Shown piece after piece: positions 1 through 8,324 of a DNA stretch of 21,558 bases. The position numbers were made by a program, and so were the translations under genes. A model generated the notes under the pieces. It did not search any database. It saw only the letters and a program-made list of their open reading frames with translations, and had not been told where the DNA came from. Every line of letters begins with the position of its first letter. Position 1 is the first letter of the stretch. This stretch comes from an uncultured archaeon (GTDB lineage Archaea > Iainarchaeota > Iainarchaeia > Iainarchaeales > CSSED10-239), in assembly GCA_964496765.1 (NCBI GenBank), contig CAZCAP010000013.1, positions 1 to 21,558 on the forward strand, written 5' to 3'.

Positions 1-64
1 CGGCTAATCTGGCCTTCTAGGGTAGATGAATAAACCACTAACCAGTGAATAAATGAACCTAAAT

Positions 65-523
65 TCATTTTTCAAATCTATCCCAAGGAAAAGCAACCCA
101 AGTAGCTACTTTTTGATCATAATAATCAGGATAAAACAAACCATTTTTCTCATTTACAAAGATAGTTGCACACCTAACAGCTTTTGCAAAATATTCTTCT
201 TTAAATAATTTTAAAAGAAACTTAATTGTTGCTCCACTATCTAGGATATCATCAACAATTAGAACATTCTTATTTTTAAATAATTTTTTATCAGGAAGAT
301 TAACAACCTTTATTTCCTTTCTTGTTTTCCTATCATAGGAGCAAACCGAAATGCTTACAAGATTTTTAGTATCCAGAAGTCTTGCAAAATGTATTGCAGG
401 AAATAAACCACCAACAGAGACACCAACAATATAATCCACTTTGTATTTTGATTTGGTTATTTGTTTACAAATGCTTACGCACCTGTCTTCAATAGCTTTA
501 TATGTAAATGGTATTGGTTTCAT
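65..523 (-). CDS. Phosphoribosyltransferase-domain protein (type I PRTase)
   Basis: 152 aa ORF with the PRPP-binding loop VLIVDDILDSGATIKFL and a VGVSVGGLFPA motif. Confidence 0.85.
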   Translation of the reverse strand: MKPIPFTYKAIEDRCVSICKQITKSKYKVDYIVGVSVGGLFPAIHFARLLDTKNLVSISVCSYDRKTRKEIKVVNLPDKKLFKNKNVLIVDDILDSGATIKFLLKLFKEEYFAKAVRCATIFVNEKNGLFYPDYYDQKVATWVAFPWDRFEK

Positions 524-549
524 ATATTATTCTTCCTTAAAGATTGTAT

Positions 550-1992
550 TTAGGAAAGTATACTCTCCACTTGTTTATAACTCACATTACTTGATGTGAG
601 GGTTGGTCTCAATAGCAATCTTAATGGATCCCTATTTGGATAGCGTATAACCGCATCATTATCGTCTACCATAGTGATTGTTACGTCAGTTAACTTACCA
701 TCAAAGAAATCATTCAAGTGTTTAGAAGACAAAAGGACACATATTCTTGGATTTGCACGTAGTCTATCAATAACATCTTTACCTATGAACAGATTATTAA
801 ATATGTCAGCAGACTCTGGAAGAACTACAAGAATATCCTCCCTAACTAATAATGATAAATTATTAATAACCTGGGAAACAAAATAGGGATAAATAGGATC
901 ATCAGAATCAACTGAAAGAAGCTTAACAGAACCTATGTGCTTATACCTCTGTTCAAATAAAACACTAAGATCGATTTCTCCAAACCTATTTGCATATTTC
1001 TTATCAAGCAAAATAAGCTTAGATACAAGTCTTTGTTTTTCAAAATCACTAAACTCTTCATCAATATCCTGTGCAATTATTTTCTTTCTTAAATCATTAA
1101 TAGTAATTAAATTTGAATTGTATACTTTCATTAATATTTTTTGCTCAAGAGGAGAGAGCTTGAATAAATTAATAAATGCGTTTAGAGGAATTGTTCCTAG
1201 TGGAATCTTAATTTCTGAAGTTTCAATAGGTTTAACAGGAAATCCAAAGGGATCCATTTTAAGTTTATAATCAGATAGTATCTTCAGATCCGATTGAGGG
1301 TATGCTAAAGTAACAAACGTTTTTGTGGAATCCAATATTATTACAGTCTTTGAAGACAAAAGATAGTTTTCACAAACAAGCTTAAGTGCATAGATTCTTT
1401 GATCAAAACTACCACCCAAAACAGTAACTGATTTTTGTAAATCTAGAGAGGTAGTTACTAAAACTTCGTTTTTAGTTCCCATTATTAGTTTATCAAGACC
1501 AGTTGTTTTTGAAAAATCCAAGGATGCAGGAAGATTAGACAAAACCTTAATTACTCCTGGATCTGAAAAAAAATAATTACGAGAATCTTCAGATGCTAAT
1601 TTTAGCGAAGTTAGTTTAATATTATAAGATTTAACAATTGATATTACTGAACTTACTCTTTTGTTTAATTCTTGCATTTTTTTATCCACATAAAAGGATA
1701 AAGTGCTTAATTCAATATACTCTGTTTCTGTGTTCAAAAAAAAGTATTTAAATGTATTATTTTCTCCAACACTAAAATGCTTTTCATAGAGTATGCTTGG
1801 ATAGGGTAGGGTTGAATTAAATATTTCAATATCTCCCTGTGCTTGAAATACCTTATAGACCTGAACAAGCACATTAGATTGATCTCTTAGCTTTAGATAT
1901 GAAACAAAAATATCATCCTGATATAATATAGAATATTCTGAATTACCATATTTACCCTCATATAATGTGTTCCATGTGTTTAATGAGATCAT
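550..1992 (-). CDS. Uncharacterised protein resembling a HerA/DUF87-type ATPase with degenerate nucleotide-binding motifs
   Basis: 480 aa ORF. 'VTVLGGSFDQRIYALKLVCENYLLSSKTVIILDSTKTF' looks like the HerA 'hhhhGxTGSGKS...hhhhDxxGEY' region without GK[ST]. 'ILVVLPESADIF' looks like a decayed Walker B. Fold call is by eye only. Confidence 0.4.
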   Translation of the reverse strand: MISLNTWNTLYEGKYGNSEYSILYQDDIFVSYLKLRDQSNVLVQVYKVFQAQGDIEIFNSTLPYPSILYEKHFSVGENNTFKYFFLNTETEYIELSTLSFYVDKKMQELNKRVSSVISIVKSYNIKLTSLKLASEDSRNYFFSDPGVIKVLSNLPASLDFSKTTGLDKLIMGTKNEVLVTTSLDLQKSVTVLGGSFDQRIYALKLVCENYLLSSKTVIILDSTKTFVTLAYPQSDLKILSDYKLKMDPFGFPVKPIETSEIKIPLGTIPLNAFINLFKLSPLEQKILMKVYNSNLITINDLRKKIIAQDIDEEFSDFEKQRLVSKLILLDKKYANRFGEIDLSVLFEQRYKHIGSVKLLSVDSDDPIYPYFVSQVINNLSLLVREDILVVLPESADIFNNLFIGKDVIDRLRANPRICVLLSSKHLNDFFDGKLTDVTITMVDDNDAVIRYPNRDPLRLLLRPTLTSSNVSYKQVESILS

Positions 1993-2129
1993 ATTTCTTT
2001 CTCTGCGTCCTGTTCTTAATTCTAACTATAGATAGTATATAATATATTCCAATCTATATTTAAAACAAAACATTTTTAATAATTAACATATTATGTTTAT
2101 ATTGTATTTAGAGGACAGGATGATTAATA

Positions 2130-2750
2130 ATGGTTGATAAAAAAATAATTATTGAAACAATAACTGAGTTAATGGATGTAAATGTTGACAAGGAAACCAT
2201 TTTTTCAACATTAAGAGACATAGGTGTTGATGAAGGAGATATTGAATCAAATTACAATGAGATTTTGAATTCCAAGAAAAAAACATCCACACCCGAAGTT
2301 AAGATTGAAAAAGAGGAAAATACACAATCCACAGTTACTGAAAAAATAATTAACAATCCAAAAACAAACACACAATCCACAGTTACTGAAAAAATAATTG
2401 ATAACCCAAAAGCAAATAAGCCAAACTATGTAAACCTAGATGACATCTCAAACCCAGTTTCATCAAATAAACATGAAGAAGAACTCAAGGACACTACTTT
2501 AGAAGTTAATGATATTAATAATAAACACGAAGTGGATATCACAAAGGAAGAATTCACAAAATCAGAAACCCAGGCAGGTTCATCAGAGCCCATTTCCTCA
2601 TTTGATACTTCCGATGATACGAAAATAATTGAAAAACAAATAAGTGAGCTTGAAACAAAAATAGATGATATAAAAGCCGAGCTTACTGGACTCACAAAAA
2701 TAATGAAGGACATTCTAGAAGAAAATAGAAATATACTAAACAAACTTTAA
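2130..2750 (+). CDS. Hypothetical protein with a short helical N-terminal domain, low-complexity linker and C-terminal coiled coil
   Basis: 206 aa ORF. N-terminus 'ITELMDVNVDKETIFSTLRDIGVDEGDIESNYNEIL', T/N/S/E-rich middle, C-terminal heptad-like 'IIEKQISELETKIDDIKAELTGLTKIMKDILEE'. Confidence 0.7.
   Translation: MVDKKIIIETITELMDVNVDKETIFSTLRDIGVDEGDIESNYNEILNSKKKTSTPEVKIEKEENTQSTVTEKIINNPKTNTQSTVTEKIIDNPKANKPNYVNLDDISNPVSSNKHEEELKDTTLEVNDINNKHEVDITKEEFTKSETQAGSSEPISSFDTSDDTKIIEKQISELETKIDDIKAELTGLTKIMKDILEENRNILNKL
2319..2414 (+). repeat. Tandem 48-bp (16-aa) imperfect duplication inside a CDS
   Basis: 'acacaatccacagttactgaaaaaataatt' occurs at 2322 and again at 2370. Encodes NTQSTVTEKIINNPKT / NTQSTVTEKIIDNPKA. 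Confidence 0.9.
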
Positions 2751-3217
2751 TCTAAAAGATATCCATGATTCTTTTTGCTTATACTTCTTATTAATGTAAA
2801 TATAATCGTTTTTCTTTTTGCTTTTGGAATTTCGCTATCAAATATTTCTGCAACCATTTTATTTACGCTCTCACTTGTAAAAATTGGATTTCCAGTTGCA
2901 ATAAGAATACACTTAACAACTTCTGGAGTATTTAATTCAGGAATTTTCTTGAAAACATATGCTGCCAATTTACCTGTTGAATACCTCATAGTATTATTTT
3001 GTTTTAACAAAAGTATTTGCTTAATATACCCTGAACCTTTAATAAATTCTGTTGGGTGAGCCTTCGCAATTACTGATTCTTTTAATTTATCAAAAATTCT
3101 TTTATTTTCAATTTTGATAATTCCCTCATGATGAATGATTTTTTCTTTCTTTTCCTTAAGTATAGCTATAAGCTTTTCCATTCTTGTTAGCTTTTTTGGT
3201 TTAACTATTTTACCCAT
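2747..3217 (-). CDS. Hypothetical basic protein
   Basis: 156 aa ORF, Lys-rich N-terminus. Its start abuts the stop of the upstream ORF (operon-like). Confidence 0.65.
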   Translation of the reverse strand: MGKIVKPKKLTRMEKLIAILKEKKEKIIHHEGIIKIENKRIFDKLKESVIAKAHPTEFIKGSGYIKQILLLKQNNTMRYSTGKLAAYVFKKIPELNTPEVVKCILIATGNPIFTSESVNKMVAEIFDSEIPKAKRKTIIFTLIRSISKKNHGYLLD

Positions 3218-3541
3218 TTACATTCCTCCTCCGCCACCAAATAATTTTGAAAAATCAGAAAAATCTGGTTCTGATTCATCTTTAGGTTTTTTCTTAATAA
3301 ATATATTTGAAACCAATAGAACAACAAGCAATATTACTGCAATTAAATATCCAGAGCCCGCAAGCGAACCCCCTGTCATTTCTATACTGAAAACAAAAAC
3401 TCCCACAAGGATAAGATTCCACCAGGATGGAGTCCATAAAAAATAAATTAAAAGAATAAAAGCAGCAATTATACTAAAATTATATTGTGCAGAAATAAAC
3501 AAAAGAATAACTATTATAATAAATGAAAATGAGTCAAACAC
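3218..3541 (-). CDS. Small membrane protein with glycine-rich C-terminus
   Basis: 107 aa ORF, three hydrophobic segments, C-terminal 'KPKDESEPDFSDFSKLFGGGGGM'. Confidence 0.65.
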   Translation of the reverse strand: MFDSFSFIIIVILLFISAQYNFSIIAAFILLIYFLWTPSWWNLILVGVFVFSIEMTGGSLAGSGYLIAVILLVVLLVSNIFIKKKPKDESEPDFSDFSKLFGGGGGM

Positions 3542-3558
3542 AATTCATCATTTCTCCT

Positions 3559-3822
3559 TTATATTTTAACATTATCCTTTAACCATTTCTTGAGATCGGA
3601 ACTATATATCCACCAAATTATAACAAAAATTGCAACAAGCCAAACAAGCTCCATAAATTTAATAAAAATCAAATAAACTAGAAGGATTGTAATTATTACT
3701 GCAAATGTTTTGTTTGCAACCTGGCCCTTTGACCAGGTGTAGATTGTTAAAGCAAAAACTATTAATAGAACAATCCAAATTGTTTGCTCAAATGTATTTG
3801 CAATTAAAAATCCTAAATCCAT
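3559..3822 (-). CDS. Small membrane protein
   Basis: 87 aa ORF with three predicted hydrophobic helices, in the same direction as eL15. Confidence 0.65.
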   Translation of the reverse strand: MDLGFLIANTFEQTIWIVLLIVFALTIYTWSKGQVANKTFAVIITILLVYLIFIKFMELVWLVAIFVIIWWIYSSDLKKWLKDNVKI

Positions 3823-3845
3823 CCTAGTTTAACCTCTTTTATTAT

Positions 3846-4454
3846 TTACTTTGCTTTTCTTAGATTAGCTCTGTTTGATGGTCCATTCTTTTCATGACCA
3901 GTTCCTTTCTTAATTAGGCCTCTATTTCTTCTTCCTGAAGAAGTTAGCCCTCTAAATGCTCTTCCTCTATGTTTTTCAGAAACTATCCAATTAATGTTTT
4001 TATCATTAATGATTGCTGGGTGATTAGGATCAACTAGTATAACTTCGAAATATTTTTGTTGTCCATCTTCTCCAACATAGTATGAGTTTAATACTTCAAG
4101 ACCTGGGAACTTTCTATCTGCTTTTTGTTCAGCCATTCTTTGGATTGATATTCTTCTAGTAAGTTTATTAACACCCATTCTTTTTGGATCTCTTCCAGCT
4201 GTTGGTCTTCTCATTATTCCTGAACCCTTTCTAACCTTAACGAAAACAATTACAAAACCTTGCTTTGCTTTGTAACCTAATTCTCTTGCTCTAATTGGGT
4301 TAGTTGGTCTTTCCATTCTAATAATTGAACCATCCATGTGTCTGAATTTAATAAGTTTTTCGAAATAAACTTTCTTATAATCATAGTTTGCATCTTTCTT
4401 CTTATGATATTCATTTTGGATTGTTTGCATAATATATCTTGTTGCTGTTGTCAT
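3846..4454 (-). CDS. rpl15e: 50S ribosomal protein L15e (eL15)
   Basis: 202 aa ORF with family-typical 'RPTNPIRARELGYKAKQGFVIVFVKVRKGSGIMRRPTAGRDPKRMGVNKLT', 'LEVLNSYYVGEDGQQKYFEVILVDPNHPAI' and 'RGLTSSGRRNRGL'. Confidence 0.97.
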   Translation of the reverse strand: MTTATRYIMQTIQNEYHKKKDANYDYKKVYFEKLIKFRHMDGSIIRMERPTNPIRARELGYKAKQGFVIVFVKVRKGSGIMRRPTAGRDPKRMGVNKLTRRISIQRMAEQKADRKFPGLEVLNSYYVGEDGQQKYFEVILVDPNHPAIINDKNINWIVSEKHRGRAFRGLTSSGRRNRGLIKKGTGHEKNGPSNRANLRKAK

Positions 4455-4567
4455 ATAATCACACCATTTTTATTTATTATCTAATACACTTCTATATATA
4501 AGATATATAAAGAAACCAATTAAAAAACGTTATTTAATTAATTGTTTCATTATCATATATAATTAAT

Positions 4568-4580
4568 AAAACAAAGGGTT
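4568..4580 (+). promoter_or_regulatory. Candidate archaeal TATA box for the ThiS-like/ttuA/VTT operon
   Basis: 'ggtttatatataa' in the divergent intergenic region 4455-4653, with no competing ORF. Confidence 0.45.
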
Positions 4581-4653
4581 TATATATAATTAGTTTAGAT
4601 AAGCAAGAATTGAGCTTATTTTCCAAAAATATAGGGATTTTGATTGATATTTC

Positions 4654-4836
4654 ATGAGAATTAAAAAAATCACAATAACGAAAGAGGATTTCAATAAAAC
4701 AATTAAAGAAATTCTAATTGGGCTAGACATAAGTCCAGAAATTGTTCTTGTTAAGATAAATGGAACATTCACTCCAATCTCTGAAGTAATCAAAAAGAAA
4801 ACAGAACTAGAAATACTACATATAATTAAGTTTTAA
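4654..4836 (+). CDS. ThiS/MoaD-like beta-grasp small protein lacking the C-terminal Gly-Gly
   Basis: 60 aa ORF 'MRIKKITITKEDFNKTIKEILIGLDISPEIVLVKINGTFTPISEVIKKKTELEILHIIKF'. The end resembles '..DEVEIIPVVSGG' but terminates in KF. The stop is followed directly by the ttuA start. Confidence 0.6.
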   Translation: MRIKKITITKEDFNKTIKEILIGLDISPEIVLVKINGTFTPISEVIKKKTELEILHIIKF

Positions 4837-5808
4837 ATGAAAGGAATGAATATGGTTATTAAATGTAATAAGTGCAAGAACCTAGCTGTAATTTATCTTG
4901 CTTATGGTAAACATAATCTTTGTATTCATCACTTTAATGATTTTTTTGAAAAAAGATTTAGAAAAACAATTAGAATGTATAACCTGGTTAGAAGTACAGA
5001 CTATCTTGGAATTGCAACTTCTGGAGGAAAGGACTCAATGGTTCTTCTCTATCTTATGAATAAAATTTATAAAAAATCAAGAATAAAAATGTGTGCGTTG
5101 TTTGTTGATGAAGGAACTCCAGGATACTCAAATAAAACAAGAGAAGTTGTGGAAACCTTTTGTAAAAAAGAAAAAATAAAATTAGTTTCATCATCCCATA
5201 AAAAAGAGTTTGGAATATCAACAGGAGAAATTGCAGAAAAATACAATAAAAAGGAAGGAACTCTTTGCACCTATTGTGGAGTTTTAAGAAGAGATACATT
5301 AAATAGACTTGCAGAAAAAGAAAAGGTTACAAAGGTTGCAACAGGACACAATCTTGATGATGAGACACAAACAGTTCTAATGAATATGTTTACAAATGAT
5401 GCAATTAGACTATTCAGAACAGGACCACTTGCAGGAATTATTGATCTTGGAGAAGATATAAGACCAAGAATTAAACCATTATATCTAACTCCTGAAAAAG
5501 AAATTGCTGCCTATGCTCTATACAATAACATACCTTTTCATGATTGCAATTGTCCTTTCTTTTCTGAAGCTAAAAGAAATATATTCAGAACTTTTTTAAA
5601 TGAAACAGAAGTAAACTATCCAGGAAGTAAATTTTCATTAATAAGATCATTCTTAAAGATAAAAGATGTAATAAATATAGACAAGATAACCACAAACAAT
5701 CACAATAAAAGCAAACTTAGAAAATGTAAGATTTGTAATAATGTATCCAGTCAAGATATTTGTGCATCCTGTAGATTACTTAAAGAATTAAAGATTGATA
5801 AATTATGA
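4837..5808 (+). CDS. ttuA: tRNA 2-thiouridine synthetase, TtuA/Ncs6(NcsA)-family PP-loop protein
   Basis: 323 aa. N-terminal Zn finger 'CNKCKNLAVIYLAYGKHNLCIHHF', PP-loop 'SGGKDS', 'CTYCGVLRR', 'ATGHNLDDETQTVLMN', C-terminal 'CKICNNVSSQDICASC'. The true start may be an internal ATG (MVIKCNKC). Confidence 0.93.
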   Translation: MKGMNMVIKCNKCKNLAVIYLAYGKHNLCIHHFNDFFEKRFRKTIRMYNLVRSTDYLGIATSGGKDSMVLLYLMNKIYKKSRIKMCALFVDEGTPGYSNKTREVVETFCKKEKIKLVSSSHKKEFGISTGEIAEKYNKKEGTLCTYCGVLRRDTLNRLAEKEKVTKVATGHNLDDETQTVLMNMFTNDAIRLFRTGPLAGIIDLGEDIRPRIKPLYLTPEKEIAAYALYNNIPFHDCNCPFFSEAKRNIFRTFLNETEVNYPGSKFSLIRSFLKIKDVINIDKITTNNHNKSKLRKCKICNNVSSQDICASCRLLKELKIDKL

Positions 5809-6497
5809 AATTATTTCACTCAAAGGAAGCAAGAAATAAATTAATTAAAGTAGTAATAATTATAATCATAATTCTTGCAATTACATTCTATTTAGGATCA
5901 AGTTTACTTTCTTATTTTAAAAATGGGGTAGAAGCAAAGGAAACCATCCAATCTTTTGGAGTATTTGCTCCACTTATTATGATTGGATTAATTGTAATAA
6001 TTGTATTGCTTGCATTTGTATCCCAAATACCAGTAATTGTGGCTAGTGGATTTGCATTTGGAGCGATACATGCGTTTTGCTACGCACTAATTGGATTTTT
6101 CATTGGTGGAACAATTGCCTTCTTTTTAGCAAGATTATTTGGAAGACCGTTTGTAATTAAAATAATTACAAAAAATGCAATAGAAAAATTAGACAACTAT
6201 TCAGGAACAAGATTAAATGTAATTTTATTTCTTTTCTTTCTAGTTCCATTATTTCCTGATGCAATGTGCTATGTTGCAGGCCTAACTAATATTAAATATA
6301 AAACATTTGTGTTACTATCCATAATAGGTAGAATTCCAACAATCATTTTGTTCATAGTAGCAGGAAATTCAATCGCAAGCACAAACTATACTCTTGGAAT
6401 TGTTTTATTAGGAGTCATAGTTATTTGTGCAACCATTATATTAATATTTAGAAAAAGAATAGAAACGCATGTTGTTAATAGATTTGAAAAAAAATAA
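5805..6497 (+). CDS. TVP38/TMEM64-family (VTT domain) membrane protein
   Basis: 230 aa multi-TM protein with 'ASGFAFGAIHAFCYALIGFFIGGTIAFFLARLFGRPF' and 'FPDAMCYVAGLTNIKYKTF'. Start overlaps the ttuA stop by 4 nt. Confidence 0.87.
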   Translation: MKLFHSKEARNKLIKVVIIIIIILAITFYLGSSLLSYFKNGVEAKETIQSFGVFAPLIMIGLIVIIVLLAFVSQIPVIVASGFAFGAIHAFCYALIGFFIGGTIAFFLARLFGRPFVIKIITKNAIEKLDNYSGTRLNVILFLFFLVPLFPDAMCYVAGLTNIKYKTFVLLSIIGRIPTIILFIVAGNSIASTNYTLGIVLLGVIVICATIILIFRKRIETHVVNRFEKK

Positions 6498-6508
6498 GCT
6501 TATAAAAA
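6497..6508 (+). promoter_or_regulatory. Candidate TATA box for tRNA-Val
   Basis: 'aagcttataaaaa' about 35-40 bp upstream of the tRNA 5' end, directly after the upstream stop codon. Confidence 0.5.
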
Positions 6509-6540
6509 TCTTTCTAATCTATTTCCATATATCATAATTT

Positions 6541-6613
6541 GGTCCTGTAGTCTAGTGGTCATGACGTCACATTGACATTGTGGAGATCCCCAGTTCGAAT
6601 CTGGGCAGGACCA
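6541..6613 (+). tRNA. tRNA-Val (anticodon GAC)
   Basis: GGTCCTG/CAGGACC acceptor, D-arm GTCTAGTGGTCATGAC, anticodon arm TCACA-TTGACAT-TGTGG, T-arm CCCAG-TTCGAAT-CTGGG, discriminator A, no encoded CCA. Confidence 0.95.
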
Positions 6614-6647
6614 TCACAATTATTTTTAAAAAAAGGATTAAACAAAC

Positions 6648-8312
6648 ATGGCAGAAGATATAACGCACACAAATGAAAACACACTTGAAATTGATGAAGA
6701 AGAATTTAATGATCTTGGTAAATCCATAGAACTTAAAACACTTGCTGGACCTCTTAGATCATTAAAGTATCTTAATGAGTTTAGAGTAGCCCTAGCTAAC
6801 CCCATTAAAATACAAAAAAGTATATTACATGAAATTCTTAAAAAAAATAAAAAAACCAACTATGGAAAATTGTATGATTTTGCACACATTAAAACAATTG
6901 AAGAATACCAAACAAAAGTTCCATTGATTACCTATGAAGACATAATTCCATTTATTCAAAAAATAAAAGATGGAGAACAAAACATATTAACAAAGGATAA
7001 GGTAATTTTTCTAGCAACCACCTCAGGAACCACATCACACGTTAAACTAATTCCAGTAACAAAAGACAGAATGAAAAACTTCAAAAGAGAATTATATCTT
7101 TGGAGTGTGTATGTTCTTAAGGATCATTTAAATGTGACTAAAGGAAAGACATTGTATTTTGCTGGACCCTATATTGAAGGAAGAACCAGCGCAGGAATTA
7201 TCTGTGGAAGTATATCCGGATATCTAATTGCAAAAGCACCTTGGTATGTGAAAAGTAAGGTTGTTATTCCATCAGAAACATATAATATTTTTGATTTTGA
7301 TAAAAAAAGTAAAGAAATTGCAATAAACGCACTCATAAGTAACATAACCCAATTTGCGTTTGCATCTCCCATTGAAGCAATTCTTTTTTTAGACTACGTT
7401 GCAGAACACAAGGAAGAACTAATAATCGAACTTGAGAAAAAAGGAGAGGAAAAAAGAGCAAAAGAACTTAGAGAACTTTCTTCTTTTAGACCAATAGATA
7501 TCTGGCCTAATCTTTGTTTAATTGGATGCATTAAATCAAAGTTTAACTTACATTATCTTGATACTTTAAAAGAAAAAATAGGAAAGGATATTGAAATTAG
7601 AGATCCTGGTATATATGCTTCTGAAGGAAGATTATCCCTTGGTCTTGAAAAAGAAGGGATTGCAGGAATAATTCCTGCACACGTAACTTTTTTTGAATTT
7701 ATTGAAAAAAGAGAAAACCAAAAGGATAGAAATCCAATAACAATTGATAAGCTTGAAGTTGGAAAAAACTACGAAGTAATAATCACAACAACAGAAGGTC
7801 TTTATAGGTACAGAATGGGAGATATTGTTAAGGTAACAGGATACAAACATAAACTACCATTAATTGAGTTTGTTGATCGTGATAATTATCTAAACATAGC
7901 TGGAGAGCTTGCACATGAAAATATATTAATTTCAATAATGTATAAGGTAATTGAGGAAATTGAAATAAAAATTAAATCGTTTACATTCTTACCATATATT
8001 AAAGACCCAAGCAAGAAGCCAAGATATGAAGTTTTGATTGAACTATTTCCTGAAAGCCAGTTAGATGATGAACTTGCAATTAGATTCAAAGAACTTCTTG
8101 ATAAAACTCTAAAAGAATACATCTCTGATTATAGGCAAATGAGAGAAGAATTTGGAAGATTGGATCCACCTGTATTATCAATTGTGAAGCAGGGTGGCTA
8201 TGATGAGTTTGATAAAAAGAGAATCACTGGTGGAGGGCAACCAAAACCAATACATTTATCAAAAACAGAAAAATTCAGAGATAATTTTGAAATAATCAAA
8301 ATCTATGAGTGA
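6648..8312 (+). CDS. GH3-family acyl-adenylate/acyl-amino acid synthetase-like protein
   Basis: 554 aa with 'NKKTNYGKLYDF', 'IFLATTSGTTSHVKLIPVT', 'YASEG', 'EVIITTTEGLYRYRMGDIVKVTGY', and C-terminal 'YRQMREEFGRLDPPVLSIVKQGGYDEF'. Confidence 0.88.
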   Translation: MAEDITHTNENTLEIDEEEFNDLGKSIELKTLAGPLRSLKYLNEFRVALANPIKIQKSILHEILKKNKKTNYGKLYDFAHIKTIEEYQTKVPLITYEDIIPFIQKIKDGEQNILTKDKVIFLATTSGTTSHVKLIPVTKDRMKNFKRELYLWSVYVLKDHLNVTKGKTLYFAGPYIEGRTSAGIICGSISGYLIAKAPWYVKSKVVIPSETYNIFDFDKKSKEIAINALISNITQFAFASPIEAILFLDYVAEHKEELIIELEKKGEEKRAKELRELSSFRPIDIWPNLCLIGCIKSKFNLHYLDTLKEKIGKDIEIRDPGIYASEGRLSLGLEKEGIAGIIPAHVTFFEFIEKRENQKDRNPITIDKLEVGKNYEVIITTTEGLYRYRMGDIVKVTGYKHKLPLIEFVDRDNYLNIAGELAHENILISIMYKVIEEIEIKIKSFTFLPYIKDPSKKPRYEVLIELFPESQLDDELAIRFKELLDKTLKEYISDYRQMREEFGRLDPPVLSIVKQGGYDEFDKKRITGGGQPKPIHLSKTEKFRDNFEIIKIYE

Positions 8313-8324
8313 AGTGAATCTATT

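Noticed and set aside
51-70. Small hairpin AAATGAA-CCTAAA-TTCATTT at the PRTase stop codon
   Set aside because: A 7-bp AT-rich stem with no T-run; easily expected by chance at this base composition.
674-1270. Plus-strand ORFs (674-886, 935-1270) inside the 480-aa gene
   Set aside because: Antisense shadow ORFs with no domain signature, fully overlapped by a longer continuous ORF.
2426-3446. ORFs 2426-2743(-), 2775-3059(+), 3135-3446(+)
   Set aside because: Ser/Phe/Leu-rich antisense shadows of better-supported ORFs.
4590-4793. Minus-strand 67-aa ORF opposite the ThiS-like gene
   Set aside because: Antisense to a more plausible ORF that is contiguous with ttuA; no motif.
5054-5299. Two minus-strand ORFs within ttuA
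   Set aside because: Phe/Leu-rich translations antisense to conserved PP-loop coding sequence.
6638-8122. Minus-strand ORFs inside the GH3 gene (6638-6859, 7169-7372, 7632-7850, 7886-8122)
   Set aside because: Shadows of a confidently assigned CDS.
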